Shown: piece by piece, positions 12,681 to 25,377 of the stretch | Position numbering within the stretch: position 1 is the stretch's first letter | How the letters are laid out: each line of letters opens with the position of its first letter | Source of the DNA: Octopus vulgaris | Taxonomy: Eukaryota | DNA: 64,000 bases | Assembly: GCA_951406725.2 (NCBI GenBank) | Contig: OX597828.1 | Location: forward strand, 12,772,001 to 12,836,000 | Direction: 5' to 3' | Notes under the pieces: model-generated | The model's input: the letters and a program-made list of their open reading frames with translations, nothing else | What the model was told of the DNA's origin: nothing | Database searches by the model: none | Position numbers and translations under genes: made by a program

Positions 12681-13164
12681 AAAATTAACTTTGCAAGTCA
12701 AATAGTGGAGACAGAAACAGGCCTAGCCTTTGTCACTCGTTTGGGTCGTGCTGAGACAGCGTCAGAACCACGTTAAAGCTGTATTTTCTCTGTCTTTCAA
12801 TAAAAAGGTAGTTTCCTTTGATTGAAAAATTAGAAATGTCAACCTTACCATCTACATAATCGACAAAGATCCAGTCATTTTTACATGTACATATAACGGT
12901 TTTTCACATTTTCAACAAACTACACATACATGCACAAACGCACACATGCATACATGCATGTATATATACATGTGTTTGTGTGTGTGCGTGTGCGTGTGTG
13001 TGTGTGTGAGAGGCTTCCTTCAGTTTCCGTCGATCAAATCCACTCACAAGAATTTTGGTTGGCCCGGAGCTATAGTGGACAACACTATTCCAAGGTCCCA
13101 CGCAGTGGGACTGATACCAGAAAAATGTGGTCGGGAAACAAACGTTTACCCCTTGGCTACGCGT

Positions 13165-13266
<102 letters not shown>

Positions 13267-13269
13267 CAT

Positions 13270-13432
13270 TGGCTGTGTGGTAAGTAGTTTGCTTACAAAC
13301 CACATGGTGGTACCTTGGGCAAGTGTCTTCTACTATAGCCTCGGGCCGACCAAAGCCTTGTGAGTGGATTTGATAGACGGAAACAAAAAGAAACCTGTCG
13401 TATATATGTATATATAAATATAGATAGATATG

Positions 13433-13493
<61 letters not shown>

Positions 13494-13702
13494 ATATGTC
13501 TGTGTTTGACCCCTTAACATCGCTTGACAACCGATGCTGGTGTGTTTACCTCCCCGTAACTTAGCTTTTCGGCAAAATAGACCGATAGAATAAGTACTAG
13601 GCTTACAAAGAATAAGTCCTGGGGTCGATTTGCTCGACTGAGGGCGGTGCTCTAGTATGGCCACAGTCAAATGACTGAAACAAGTAGAAGAGTAAAAGAG
13701 AG
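13270..13702 (+). mobile_element. SINE family A with internal deletion in the head
   Basis: Matches family A consensus seen elsewhere in the window. Confidence 0.85.
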
Positions 13703-14190
13703 AGTATGCAATTATTAGTCTGGAACTTTTTTCTATCGGTTCTCCTTGGCCGAACCGTTATTATACCGAAACATAAACAAACCACTATCGGCTGTCAAGT
13801 AGTGAGGAGCTGACAAATACAGGCACACACATAGACGGATTCACAAGATATTGGTCGGCTCGGAGCTATATAGAAGACACTTGCCCAAGGTGCCTCGCAG
13901 TGGGACTGAGCCAGGAACCACGTGTTTTCCAAGCGAGCTTCTAAACAACGCAGCCATGCCGTAATAAATATGGATATGTGTGTATGTGTGTACACACACA
14001 CACACACACATACACACACACACACAGAGGTAAACACACGTGCGTACGTACACGCATACATACGCACACGTAGCGTATATATATATATGTATGTATGCAT
14101 ATACATACAAAAGCAGAAGGCAGATATAAAGAGAGACGGGTATGTGTGCGCGCGTGTGTGTGTGTGTGTGTGCGTGCGTGTATGCGTGTG

Positions 14191-14242
<52 letters not shown>

Positions 14243-14353
14243 CGTGTATTGGTAGTTCTCTACAGCAGTTGCAACTGTAATTATGTCAAAAACAATTCAA
14301 TAGATGTTTTATTGATCTATCATTTCCTCTCTTCCTACCTCACTCTCTCTCTC

Positions 14354-14384
<31 letters not shown>

Positions 14385-14569
14385 CGCTTTCTATCTGTCT
14401 ATCTATTGTTTTCCCGTACCATCTGCTGCTATGATTATGTGTCAACGTTTGTAGGCCTTACCGTTGACAATATTGTTATTTGTATCCTCGTTTATTATTA
14501 TTTATTATAGTTATTGTTGTTATTAGTTTTAATCCCCAATGTTATTTGTATACAAACGTTGACTGTATA

Positions 14570-15276
14570 ACGCCCTCCCTTACTGTCTCTCCTTCTCTCC
14601 GGCATTAACGCCCCGTCGGCTTTCGCCGTCCTTCATTTAAAATCCGTCTCGTCCATCTAGCGGCGAACGTTCGCTTGAGAAGGAAAACAACGGCCACAGC
14701 AATACTGTTTTAGCCAGCTAATCGTACGTGTATGTGTATGTGCCTCTCTATATCTATATATATGTATGTTACGTGAGAAAAAAATAAAGAGAAAGTGACA
14801 GAGAGAGAGAGACAGAAAAACAGAGACACATATCGAAGAAACAGAGGGAGAGCGAGAGAGTTTCAGTGTGAAAAACAGCGGAGCGAAAGTGTGTGTTTCT
14901 GCATGTATGTACGTGTGTGTGTGTACGTGTGTGAGTGTGTAACGTAAATGTTTCATAGTTGCCTTCATTTTGTTCGATCGACAGCAATCGGTGTTTCAGC
15001 AGAACTAGTGATCGTGTCTCTTAACCGCTTTAAACAGCCACAAGAGTACCAAGCAAAACTAAAATAGGACAACCTATAAAATATACACACACATATATAC
15101 CTATATATCTATTCATACTTAATACATATTCACACACATACGTATATACCTATATATATATATTTACATCTATACATATAAATATATATTCATATATTCA
15201 CATGTGTACATAAATACTTTTGCTTAGTGTACCCTCGTCAATCGCGTAAAAGTCCGTAACACTTATTAATCTGCAG
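14570..15276 (+). promoter_or_regulatory. Candidate promoter and non-coding first exon ending at a strong splice donor
   Basis: Locally CpG-rich non-TE sequence with GA tracts, followed by CTGCAG|GTAAGT (intron would start at 15277). No ORF support. Confidence 0.35.
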
Positions 15277-15386
15277 GTAAGTTTTCCATTCGTATATATA
15301 AATACATAATTGTCTATAACTAACTCTTTATATAACTCTCTGTCTGTATGTCAATCTACATGCATGATGCATGTAAGTATATATAT

Positions 15387-15432
<46 letters not shown>

Positions 15433-15719
15433 ATATATATATAGTTCTGTTTCATATTTGTTTTGGCAAGATAACATGGTATGAAAGCTATGTGTTGATA
15501 TATATATATATATATATATATCGTTTGTATACTTTTGAAGTGGGGTGGGCCATTCCTCCATCGAGAATAGAGAAAACACCAACAATTGCGCGTGGGTCTT
15601 TTAACGATTGACTCTCTTCCAAAAGACAATACATATAATGCATACAGGTGTGTGTGTGTGTGTGCGTGTGTGTGTGTATGTGTTTATGTGTGTAATAAGA
15701 ATATATATATATGCATATT

Positions 15720-15750
<31 letters not shown>

Positions 15751-15973
15751 TCTTTTCTTTTATTTGTTTCAGGCATTTGACTGAGGCCATGCTGGAGCAC
15801 CGCCTTTAGACGAGCAAATCGACCCCAGGACTTATTTTTTGTAACCCTAGTACCTATCCTATCGGTGTCTTTTGCCGAACCGCTAGCTTGCGGGGACGTG
15901 AATATACCAACATCGGTTGTCAAACGATGGTAGGGGGACAAACATAGACACACAAGCATATTCAAGTACACAT

Positions 15974-16008
<35 letters not shown>

Positions 16009-16067
16009 ATATGCCTGCATATTCTTCTACGTTTCGGCCCTAACTATGGCCGAGTTGAGGCACACAT

Positions 16068-16163
<96 letters not shown>

Positions 16164-16176
16164 CATATATATATAC

Positions 16177-16420
<244 letters not shown>

Positions 16421-16430
16421 ATATATACAC

Positions 16431-16463
<33 letters not shown>

Positions 16464-16464
16464 C

Positions 16465-16511
<47 letters not shown>

Positions 16512-16513
<2 letters not shown>

Positions 16514-16884
16514 CGTGGGCATGGCTGTGTGGTAAGTAGCTTGCTTACCAACCACATGGTTATGGGTTCAGTCCCACTGTGTGACAACTTGGGCATGTGT
16601 CTTCTACTGTAGCCTCGGGCCGACCAAAGCCTTGTGAGTGGATTTGGTAGACGGAAACTGAAAGAAGCCCGTCGTATATATGTGTGTGTGTGTGTCTCGA
16701 ACATCGCTTGACAACCGATGCTGGTGTGTTTATGTCCCCGTAATGTGGCAGTTCGGCAAAAGAGACCGATAGGATAAGTTCTGGGCTTAAAAAGAATGAG
16801 TCCTGGGGTCAATTTGCTCGACTAAAGACGGTGCTTCAGCATGGCCTCAATCACATGACTGAAAAAAGTAAAGAATAAAAGAAT
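16512..16884 (+). mobile_element. SINE family A
   Basis: Matches family A. Confidence 0.88.
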
Positions 16885-16915
16885 ATGTATATGTATACAT
16901 ACATATATATGTATA

Positions 16916-16949
<34 letters not shown>

Positions 16950-17106
16950 CATGAAACCAGTACTGAAATGTTTTTTATACAATTATTTTAGCATTTTCTA
17001 TCTTAACTTTTTTTTCCATATATATCAACTCGTGTGTTCCTTTTCATCCTTATATATATATATATATACATATCGGATATTTACATATAAATACATATAT
17101 ACTAAC

Positions 17107-17150
<44 letters not shown>

Positions 17151-17310
17151 ACACAGTTGTAAATTCTTGAATCTATTCTGAAATTCATTGTTTATTGAAT
17201 TATTTATTGAGATATATGTATGTTTATACATATATATATATATATACATATATAGATAGGTGTTTGTGTGTATATATATATATATATATATGTCTGTGTT
17301 TATATATAGA

Positions 17311-17341
<31 letters not shown>

Positions 17342-17506
17342 GTGCGCGCGCGTGTGTGTGTGTGTGCATGTGTGTGTACATAAATATATGAACCTGTGTA
17401 TGTTTAGCACATTGAACTTTATACAAGGCTCTGCTGCCTTCCTATCATTCTCTCTCCTCTTGCTCTCCTTCTTTTTCCTCTCTCGCTTGCTCTCCCACTT
17501 TCTCTT

Positions 17507-17551
<45 letters not shown>

Positions 17552-17897
17552 ACCTTCTTTGTTCTCATTACTCTTTATTGTAATATTCACTTGTAATGTA
17601 TGTTAAAGCGACCGATATTTACATTGAGCTATTAGTAATATATATATACACGTCCCGAATCTGAACCGACAACGAGCGCGATTCTAGCTAATTTCCTTCA
17701 TTACTCGAAGTGCTAAAAATAGAGACCAAATTTCCCATAAATCTACAGATACTGTCTTAATCCGGAGTACGCAAAGTCTATGGTACAAAAACAAAACAAA
17801 ACAAAATTCATGATTATCGGCCGCATGTCGATTCGTCTTTGACCCGGAATTAAATAACATCAATGACAACAACAATAACATCAACAACAGCAGCAAG

Positions 17898-18095
17898 TGG
17901 AGGCGCAATGGCCCAGTGGTTAGGGCAGCGGACTCGCGGTTGTAAGAACGCCGTTTCGATTCTCAGACCGGGCATTGTGAGTGTTTATTGAGAAAAAGCA
18001 CCTAAGTTCCACGAGGCTCCGGCGGCGGAGGGTGGTGAACCCCGCTGTACTCTTTCATCACAACTTTCTCGCACTCTTTCTTCATACTTCTGCCA
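17898..18095 (+). mobile_element. SINE family C (tRNA-derived), 5' part
   Basis: GGCGCAATGGCCCAGTGGTTAGGGCAGCGGACTCGCGG head, shared with the 19509 copy. Confidence 0.8.
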
Positions 18096-18699
18096 CAAAG
18101 CAGAGGAACCATGGGAACCATGGTGTGGTAAAACTTTCAGACCCTAGTCTAGATTGCGAATCCTCTGTACCCCAGGATGTTTCAGCTCTCCACCCTTTAA
18201 AAGCCACCGTTTACGGAATGAGGATGACAACGTAGCTTTCGCGCCCGTGCAACCGCCAGTCTATCGCGTGTGGTGGGTGGATCTTCAAGTTGCCACACGC
18301 ATTCTTAGTAGCTTAGAGTAGGCTCGAATTAGGGATTATTCTTTGTGGCAAATGGCCTGAGTCCTGATTGGAAGAAGAAGAACAACAACAACATCTCACA
18401 ATGCCAAGGACCCCAAAACGGTTTACTTGTAGTTCCGCTGCAGCAGTTAATACAAAACAATAAGACCTGCCATGCCTGATTGGAAGAAGACAACAGCATC
18501 AGTAGCAACAATATCAACAACAACAATAGCCCCATCAACAACTGCATGCCCCGATTAATATTGGATCTTGTGTTAAAAGCGATATCATAATGCGTTGCTT
18601 TGTTTTTGTTTTGTCTCTTTGTTTTTATTCTCACCTTATAACAAACAGCGTTGATTGCTAAATGTTTGCCAAATCTAACGAATTAATTTTGCGGCTTCC

Positions 18700-20135
18700 A
18701 GCAGCAAAAGTTAGGGGTGGTTTTATTCCGAGTACAGCTTTTTTTACTTTTAATCTGTAACCTTAAAGCTAAGATTTTTCTGTTTTTACTTAAGGATATT
18801 TTTAAACCTTAAATGTAGATTTTGTTTGTTTGCTTTTTAATTTTATTCTAAACGTTAATTATCCTACATACTTTGGTTAACCCTTACCCTAAAAACCCTT
18901 CCATTTGTCTTAAATTGCAATTACCAACCCTAAATGCATCTATTTCACCCAAAATACAATTATTTATCTCGAATGTAGTTTTACTCGAAAATCAGGTTTT
19001 ACCATAAACACAATTTAAGTAGAAATTAATTTTTTTATTATTCTAAAGTTTTACTATAAAGGCAGTGTTTTTTGTTTTGTTTTGTTTTGCTTTATTTACC
19101 TGTAATATTTTCTCCCTAAATTTAATTGCTCTACCATCAATGTATTTACTTACCCTAATTATAATTATATACCCTAAATGTAGTTTTAAGGCTACATGTT
19201 TACCCTAAATGTAGTTTTTGGCCGATATCCATGTTACTCACTCAAACTGCAGACTTGATGCAATAATTTGCCCTCAATACACGTTAACACTAGAGGGCAG
19301 TTTTCACCTTGAAATCAATCGCCTGACCTAAAAGTAGTTTTTGCATAAATGCAAACCCTAATCTCGAATAAAGTACTTTGCCCTAAATGCATGTTGTCTA
19401 CCTAAGTATAGTTGTTTACTCTAAATGTAGTTGTTTAACCAAACTGCATTTTTCATCCCAAATAAAGTTTTTATCCTCAAATAGTTTTCAAGCACAAATT
19501 CACTTTGTGGTGGCACAATGGCCCAGTGGTTAGGGCAGCGGACTCGCGGTCTTAGGATCACGGTTTCGTTTCCCAGACCAGGCGTTGTAAGTGTTTATTG
19601 AGCGAAAACACTTAAAGCTCCACGAAGCTCCGGCAGGTGATAGTGGCGAACTCTGCTGTACTCTTTAACCACAACTTTCTCTCATTCTTTATTCTTGTTT
19701 CTGTTGTACCTGTATTTCAAAGGGCCAGCCGTGTCACACTGTGTGTCACGCTGAAACTCTCCGAGAACTACGTTAAGGGTACACGTGTCTGTGGAATGCT
19801 CAGCCACTTGCACGTTAATTTCACAAACAGGCTGTTCCGTTGATTGGATAAACTTGAACCCTCGTCATCGTAACTGACGGAGTGCCGTAGATAAATGTAC
19901 TTTACTATAAACATAGTTTTCGTGCAGATTTTGTATCATAAATATAGGTATTCTTTAAATCCTTAACGCTGCCTTAGTTTACATGTGGTTCTTCTCTAAT
20001 CCCATTGCCCTATATATACTCTTTAGCCCAAATACCAGTTTTGGGCCCTCAATTCAGCATATATTTTTTATACTCCAAATGCAGTTTTAACTCAATGTAG
20101 AGTTGTTTGGGTTTGATTAAACCTAAATGCAATTA
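18700..20135. repeat. Decayed ~20-bp tandem repeat, consensus near TACCCTAAATGTAGTTTT
   Basis: Near-exact units at about 19170 and 19201; many diverged units from ~18800 to ~20130 and again at 21793-21840. Confidence 0.65.
19509..19888 (+). mobile_element. SINE family C, near full length
   Basis: tRNA-like head with A/B boxes; 3' part matches the reverse complement of 6175-6351. Confidence 0.85.
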
Positions 20136-20797
20136 AGGAGAAAATGAGGAATAAATTAAAGCACTTCAAAGTGAAGACGGAATCTTTTGCAACTTAATAG
20201 TACTTTTAAAAGAAAGCATGTCATTTTGATTGTACCCAAGACGAGGGTTTCGGGTTGCAGGTACTAATGTCATAGGACGCTTACTTAGGGGAGGGACGAG
20301 GTATAATGTTACCTCAGGCATAATGTGAATCTTAAAACTTTGAGTTTCGAAAATAAATGTATTCTTTACATAAGCACAAGCGAACGCATTTTGGGCGGGA
20401 GAAAGAATCGATAACATCAACTCAGTGATTGACAGCTGCTTTGGATCCAACAAGGAAATAAAGAAAGTAAAGCCCCTCAGTGATTTCATTATCTCACTGT
20501 TATGATAATAATATTCTATATTAAGCACGAGGACTGAAAATTTTGAGAGAAAGGGAAGTTGATAAGGTCGACGCCAGGACTCAACTGGTACTAAATTATC
20601 GACCTCGAAAGGATGAAAGGTAAAGACGACCTCGGCGGAATTCGAACACAGACCGTAAAGAGCTGTAAGAAATGTCGCTAAGCATTTTGACCGGCACCGG
20701 TAACGAAACGATTCCGATTATTTCCTCGCTTTAATTATAATTGTTACGGGTTGGATGGGGGGGGGCATTTCCGTAGCTGTTGAAATAATAATAATAA

Positions 20798-20962
20798 GGC
20801 GCAGGAGTGGCTGTGTGGTAAGTAGCTTGCTAACCAGCCACATGGTTCCTGGTTCAGTCGCACTGCGTGGCATCTTGGGCAAGTGTCTTCTGCTATAGCC
20901 TCGGGCCGACCAATGCCTTGTGAGTGGATTTGGTAGACGGAAACTGAAAGAAGCCTGTCGTA

Positions 20963-20993
<31 letters not shown>

Positions 20994-21213
20994 GAGTGTG
21001 TGTGTGTATATGTTTGTGTGTCTGTGTTTGTCCCCCTAGCATTGCTTGACAACCGATGCTGGTGTGTTTACGTCCCCGTAACTTAGCGGTTCGGCAAAAG
21101 AGACCGATAGAATAAGTACTGGGCTTACAAAGAATAAGTCCCGGGGTCGATTTGCTCGACTAAAGGCGGTGCTCTAGCATGGCCACAGTCAAATGACTGA
21201 AACAAGTAAAAAA

Positions 21214-21215
<2 letters not shown>
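20798..21215 (+). mobile_element. SINE family A, full length, young
   Basis: Matches family A; lies between short (AAT)n runs. Confidence 0.92.
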
Positions 21216-21245
<30 letters not shown>

Positions 21246-21339
21246 CAAGTATCAAATATTCAGTGAATCGATAGATGTCGTCAACTGACTTGTCTCAGTA
21301 CTCCTCCAAATAACAAATGCATTAAAATTAATTTGTGCA

Positions 21340-21521
21340 TACTCTTTTACTTGTTTCAGTCATTTGACTGCGGCCATGCTGGAGCACCGCCTTTAGTCGA
21401 GCAGATCGACCCCGGGACTTATTCTTTGTAAGCCTAGTACTTAATCTATCAGTCTTAAACACACCAGCATCGGTTGTCAAGCAATACTACGGGGACAAAC
21501 ACGGACACACAAGCATATACA

Positions 21522-21614
<93 letters not shown>

Positions 21615-21775
21615 GACGGGCTTCTTTCAGTTTCCGTCTACCAAATCCACTCACAAGGCTTTAGTCGGCCCGAGGCTATAGTAGAACACACTTGCCCAAG
21701 ATGCCAGACAGTGGGATTGAACCCAGAACCATGTGGTTGGTAAGCAAACTATTTACCACACAACCACTCCTACGC
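21340..21775 (-). mobile_element. SINE family A, inverted relative to its neighbour
   Basis: Reverse complement of family A. Confidence 0.9.
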
Positions 21776-22116
21776 ATGAATATATAATTATACACCCTAA
21801 ATGTAGTTTTAAACCTAAATACATGTTTACTCTAAAATACGTGTGCGTGTATATATATGCGCGTGTGCATGGATCGTGTGTATGTATTTTCCATATGACC
21901 AACAGACGAGAGGACTTGTACACACTTGCTGTTTTACTCTGTCATTTTAACGAGTTTTTTTTTTTATTCATCACCCGACAAGATATGACTGCACCACCGG
22001 ATACTCCTGAACCAGTTGTTGAGTGTCCCCCAAGACGAATCGACGCTAGATGTGTCGAAACAATTGTTGTGATTTATAATATATTCTCGTATGTTCCATC
22101 TTCTGTCTTTTATTTG

Positions 22117-22162
<46 letters not shown>

Positions 22163-22165
<3 letters not shown>

Positions 22166-22440
22166 CGCAATGAGTGTCTGTGTGGTAAGTAGCTTGCTTA
22201 CCAACCACATGGTTCCGGGTTCAGTTTCACTGCGTAGCACATTGGGCAAGTGTCTTCTACTGGAGTCTCGGGCCGACCAAAACCTTGTGAGTGCATTTGG
22301 TAGACGGAAACTGAAAGAAGCCCGTCGTATATATGTATATATGTATATATATATGTGTGTGAGTGTGTATTTGTGTGTCTATGTTTGTCCCCCCCCCCCC
22401 CAACATTGCTTAACAACCGATGCTGGTGTGTTTACGTGCG
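22163..22440 (+). mobile_element. SINE family A, 3' truncated
   Basis: Head to CGATGCTGGTGTGTTTACG. Confidence 0.85.
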
Positions 22441-22463
22441 TGTGTGCAGGCGCACATGTGTGT

Positions 22464-22494
<31 letters not shown>

Positions 22495-22950
22495 TGTGTG
22501 TGTGTGTATGGAGCATGTGTATGTATTTTCAATCTGACCAACAGACGAGATGACTTGTCCACACTTGCTATTTTACTCTATCATTAAGAACCAGTTCTAA
22601 ATGACATAGTGTTGCAGCTCTAATCTACAGATCTTTGCACGCGCGCGCGTGTGTGTTTGTGTACATGCATATTTATCTATCTATCTATTTATCTCTGTCT
22701 GTCTGTCTGTCCCTCTGTCTATCTTAAATGTAAGTAATTTATGTCTATAGAAAAGCAGCGGCGTTTCAAGCGTGAATGTGAAGAAAGTGACGCATGCCTT
22801 AGATATATATATATTAAAAGAATGAATGCAAACATCAAATTTTAATATACATGTTCATGTTTATGAGAGACTAGTGAAAAGAAGATATTTGAATATTATC
22901 CATACATACACACATGTATATGTATGTATGTGTGTGTGTGTGTGTGTGGC

Positions 22951-23008
<58 letters not shown>

Positions 23009-23142
23009 TACACACACACATGCACATGTATATTATATACCTTAATTCAATTATGACTTTTATATTTGATATTGCATGTTCTGGCATTAAATACGCTGTC
23101 ACGACCAATATGAAATAAATAACTATGTATGAATACACAACA

Positions 23143-23198
<56 letters not shown>

Positions 23199-23274
23199 CG
23201 TAACATACAGTTATTCTCTTTTAAGTAGTCTCTCATAAACATGAGCATAAATATTAAAATTTGGTCGTACATAC

Positions 23275-23327
<53 letters not shown>

Positions 23328-23417
23328 GTATGATCTCTATAAAGTATATGTAACTTAAATGTTTAAATTGAGAATCAATGTGATTTGATGTATATTTCCC
23401 AGTTTATTTAAAGACTT

Positions 23418-23636
23418 CTGGCAAACGTTAGCACGCAGGGCGAAATGCGTAGCCGTATTTCGTCTGCCATTACGTTCTGAGTTCATATTCCGCCGAGGTC
23501 GACTTTGCCTTTCATCCTTTCGGGGTCGATAAATTAAGTACCAGTTACGCACTAGGGTCGATGTAATTGACTTAATTCGTTTGTCTGTCCTTGTTTGTCC
23601 CCCCTATGTTTAGCCCCTTGTGAGTAATAAAGAAAC
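23418..23636 (+). mobile_element. SINE family B monomer
   Basis: Matches family B. Confidence 0.88.
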
Positions 23637-25084
23637 ATATCTTTCTGCCAGTATAGTTGCTTATCTATATATCGGTCTATCTAATTATCTATGTACCAAT
23701 CTACCTATCTAGCTAATCCCTAATTATCATCTATATATAAATATATATATTCATACAAATCAGCCTACCTAGCTAGCTAGCTACCGGCCTACCTCCTAAC
23801 CCTCTTTTTAACACTCTAAGGGACTATTTTTCTGCCTGTGTACCAAGTTATCTATAAATGAAGCTATCGACCTATTTACAGGCATTTTAATCTATTTACC
23901 AATCTATTTACATATCTATCTATTTAACAACCTCTGAAACAATCTCTCCATCTGTCCAATTACCTATCTCTCTATACATCTATACAAGATCCTACCTCTG
24001 TATCCGTCTATTTGTTTACAGAACTATTTATCTATCCACCTGGACGTTTATCCACTTAGTTACCTGTATATCAATCCTTCAACCTATCTACTAACCCATG
24101 TATCTATATATCTATCTAATCCTATGAACCAAAAGAAAAAAAAAACGAAAGGAAAAAAAGAGACCCACTTATTGTAATGTGATTTCTTTTTGCATGACAC
24201 TATTGCCCAAGGTTCCCGTGGTCTTTTCCATGGGCTTTTCTATCCACGGACAAGCCTAATCTGTTTTCCCTTTTTACATTGACATTTCTCTGATACATGA
24301 TCCCTATTGATCGGCCCCACTTTTTTTTTAATCTTTTCACGATCCCCTTTCATCGGAATTTTCCCCACACCCTTTTTTTTCACGATCCCTTTTGATCGGA
24401 ATTCGCCTCTACCCTTTTTTTCCCATTTTCTTCCCAAAAAGAAAAGCTCTACTTTGTATTTTGTCCCTTCTGTGTTTAGCCCTGCGTGGCCAATAAAGAA
24501 ATATATATATATATATATCCAAGAACCTATCTATGTATCTGTCTACCTATTTACCTATCTATCAATTTATCTATCTATTTCCCGGCATATTTATCTATTT
24601 TAACTACTTATGAATCTATCTTGTTCCTTATGTACCCACATAGCTATCTCTACAAGTATCTACCTATCTACTTGTTTGCCTAACTACAGAGCTATTTATC
24701 TATCTCCTTACCTATCTATCTATCTTTTTAACAACAAATCTATCTTACCATCTATCAATCTACGTACTTATTTAACTATCTTTTAAACCATCTGGCTCTG
24801 AAAGATGTCATGTTATTAATATATAAAGCAGAAGTCACTGTACATATAAACGTGTCATTTCTATATTCACAAAAAAAAAACAACGAAAATAGGACAACAT
24901 AAAGTTTTATAAAGTTGAACTTGAATAGACCAAGCACAATGCTATACTTCATTCGGTCTTTCATTGACGTTTCTATGACTTAGGCATAAATTGCATGTAT
25001 TGCATTCAAGCAGGAAACGCCACTGTTGTATATACTTGAATATGTGTGAGTGTGTGTTTGTCTTGTATTATCTATGTATGTATG

Positions 25085-25152
<68 letters not shown>

Positions 25153-25296
25153 TTTATACATACATGTACATACAAGTGTATATATATACATATTTATATA
25201 TATATATACACATATATATATGTGCATACATATATGTATGTATATATTTGTATATATATATATATATATGTGTGTGTATATATATATATGTATGTA

Positions 25297-25327
<31 letters not shown>

Positions 25328-25346
25328 GTGTGTATACATATGTGTG

Positions 25347-25377
<31 letters not shown>

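Noticed and set aside
19509-19582. tRNA gene calls for SINE heads (also 4271, 17898, 48372, 54163)
   Set aside because: A/B boxes are present but acceptor stems are not intact, and each continues into a SINE body or tail.
20166-20528. 120-aa minus-strand ORF
   Set aside because: Non-ATG start, no recognisable motif or splice signals.
24180-24490. Homopolymer-rich pyrimidine segment with short internal repeats
   Set aside because: Looks like low-quality or heavily decayed sequence ending in a SINE B tail; no interpretable structure.
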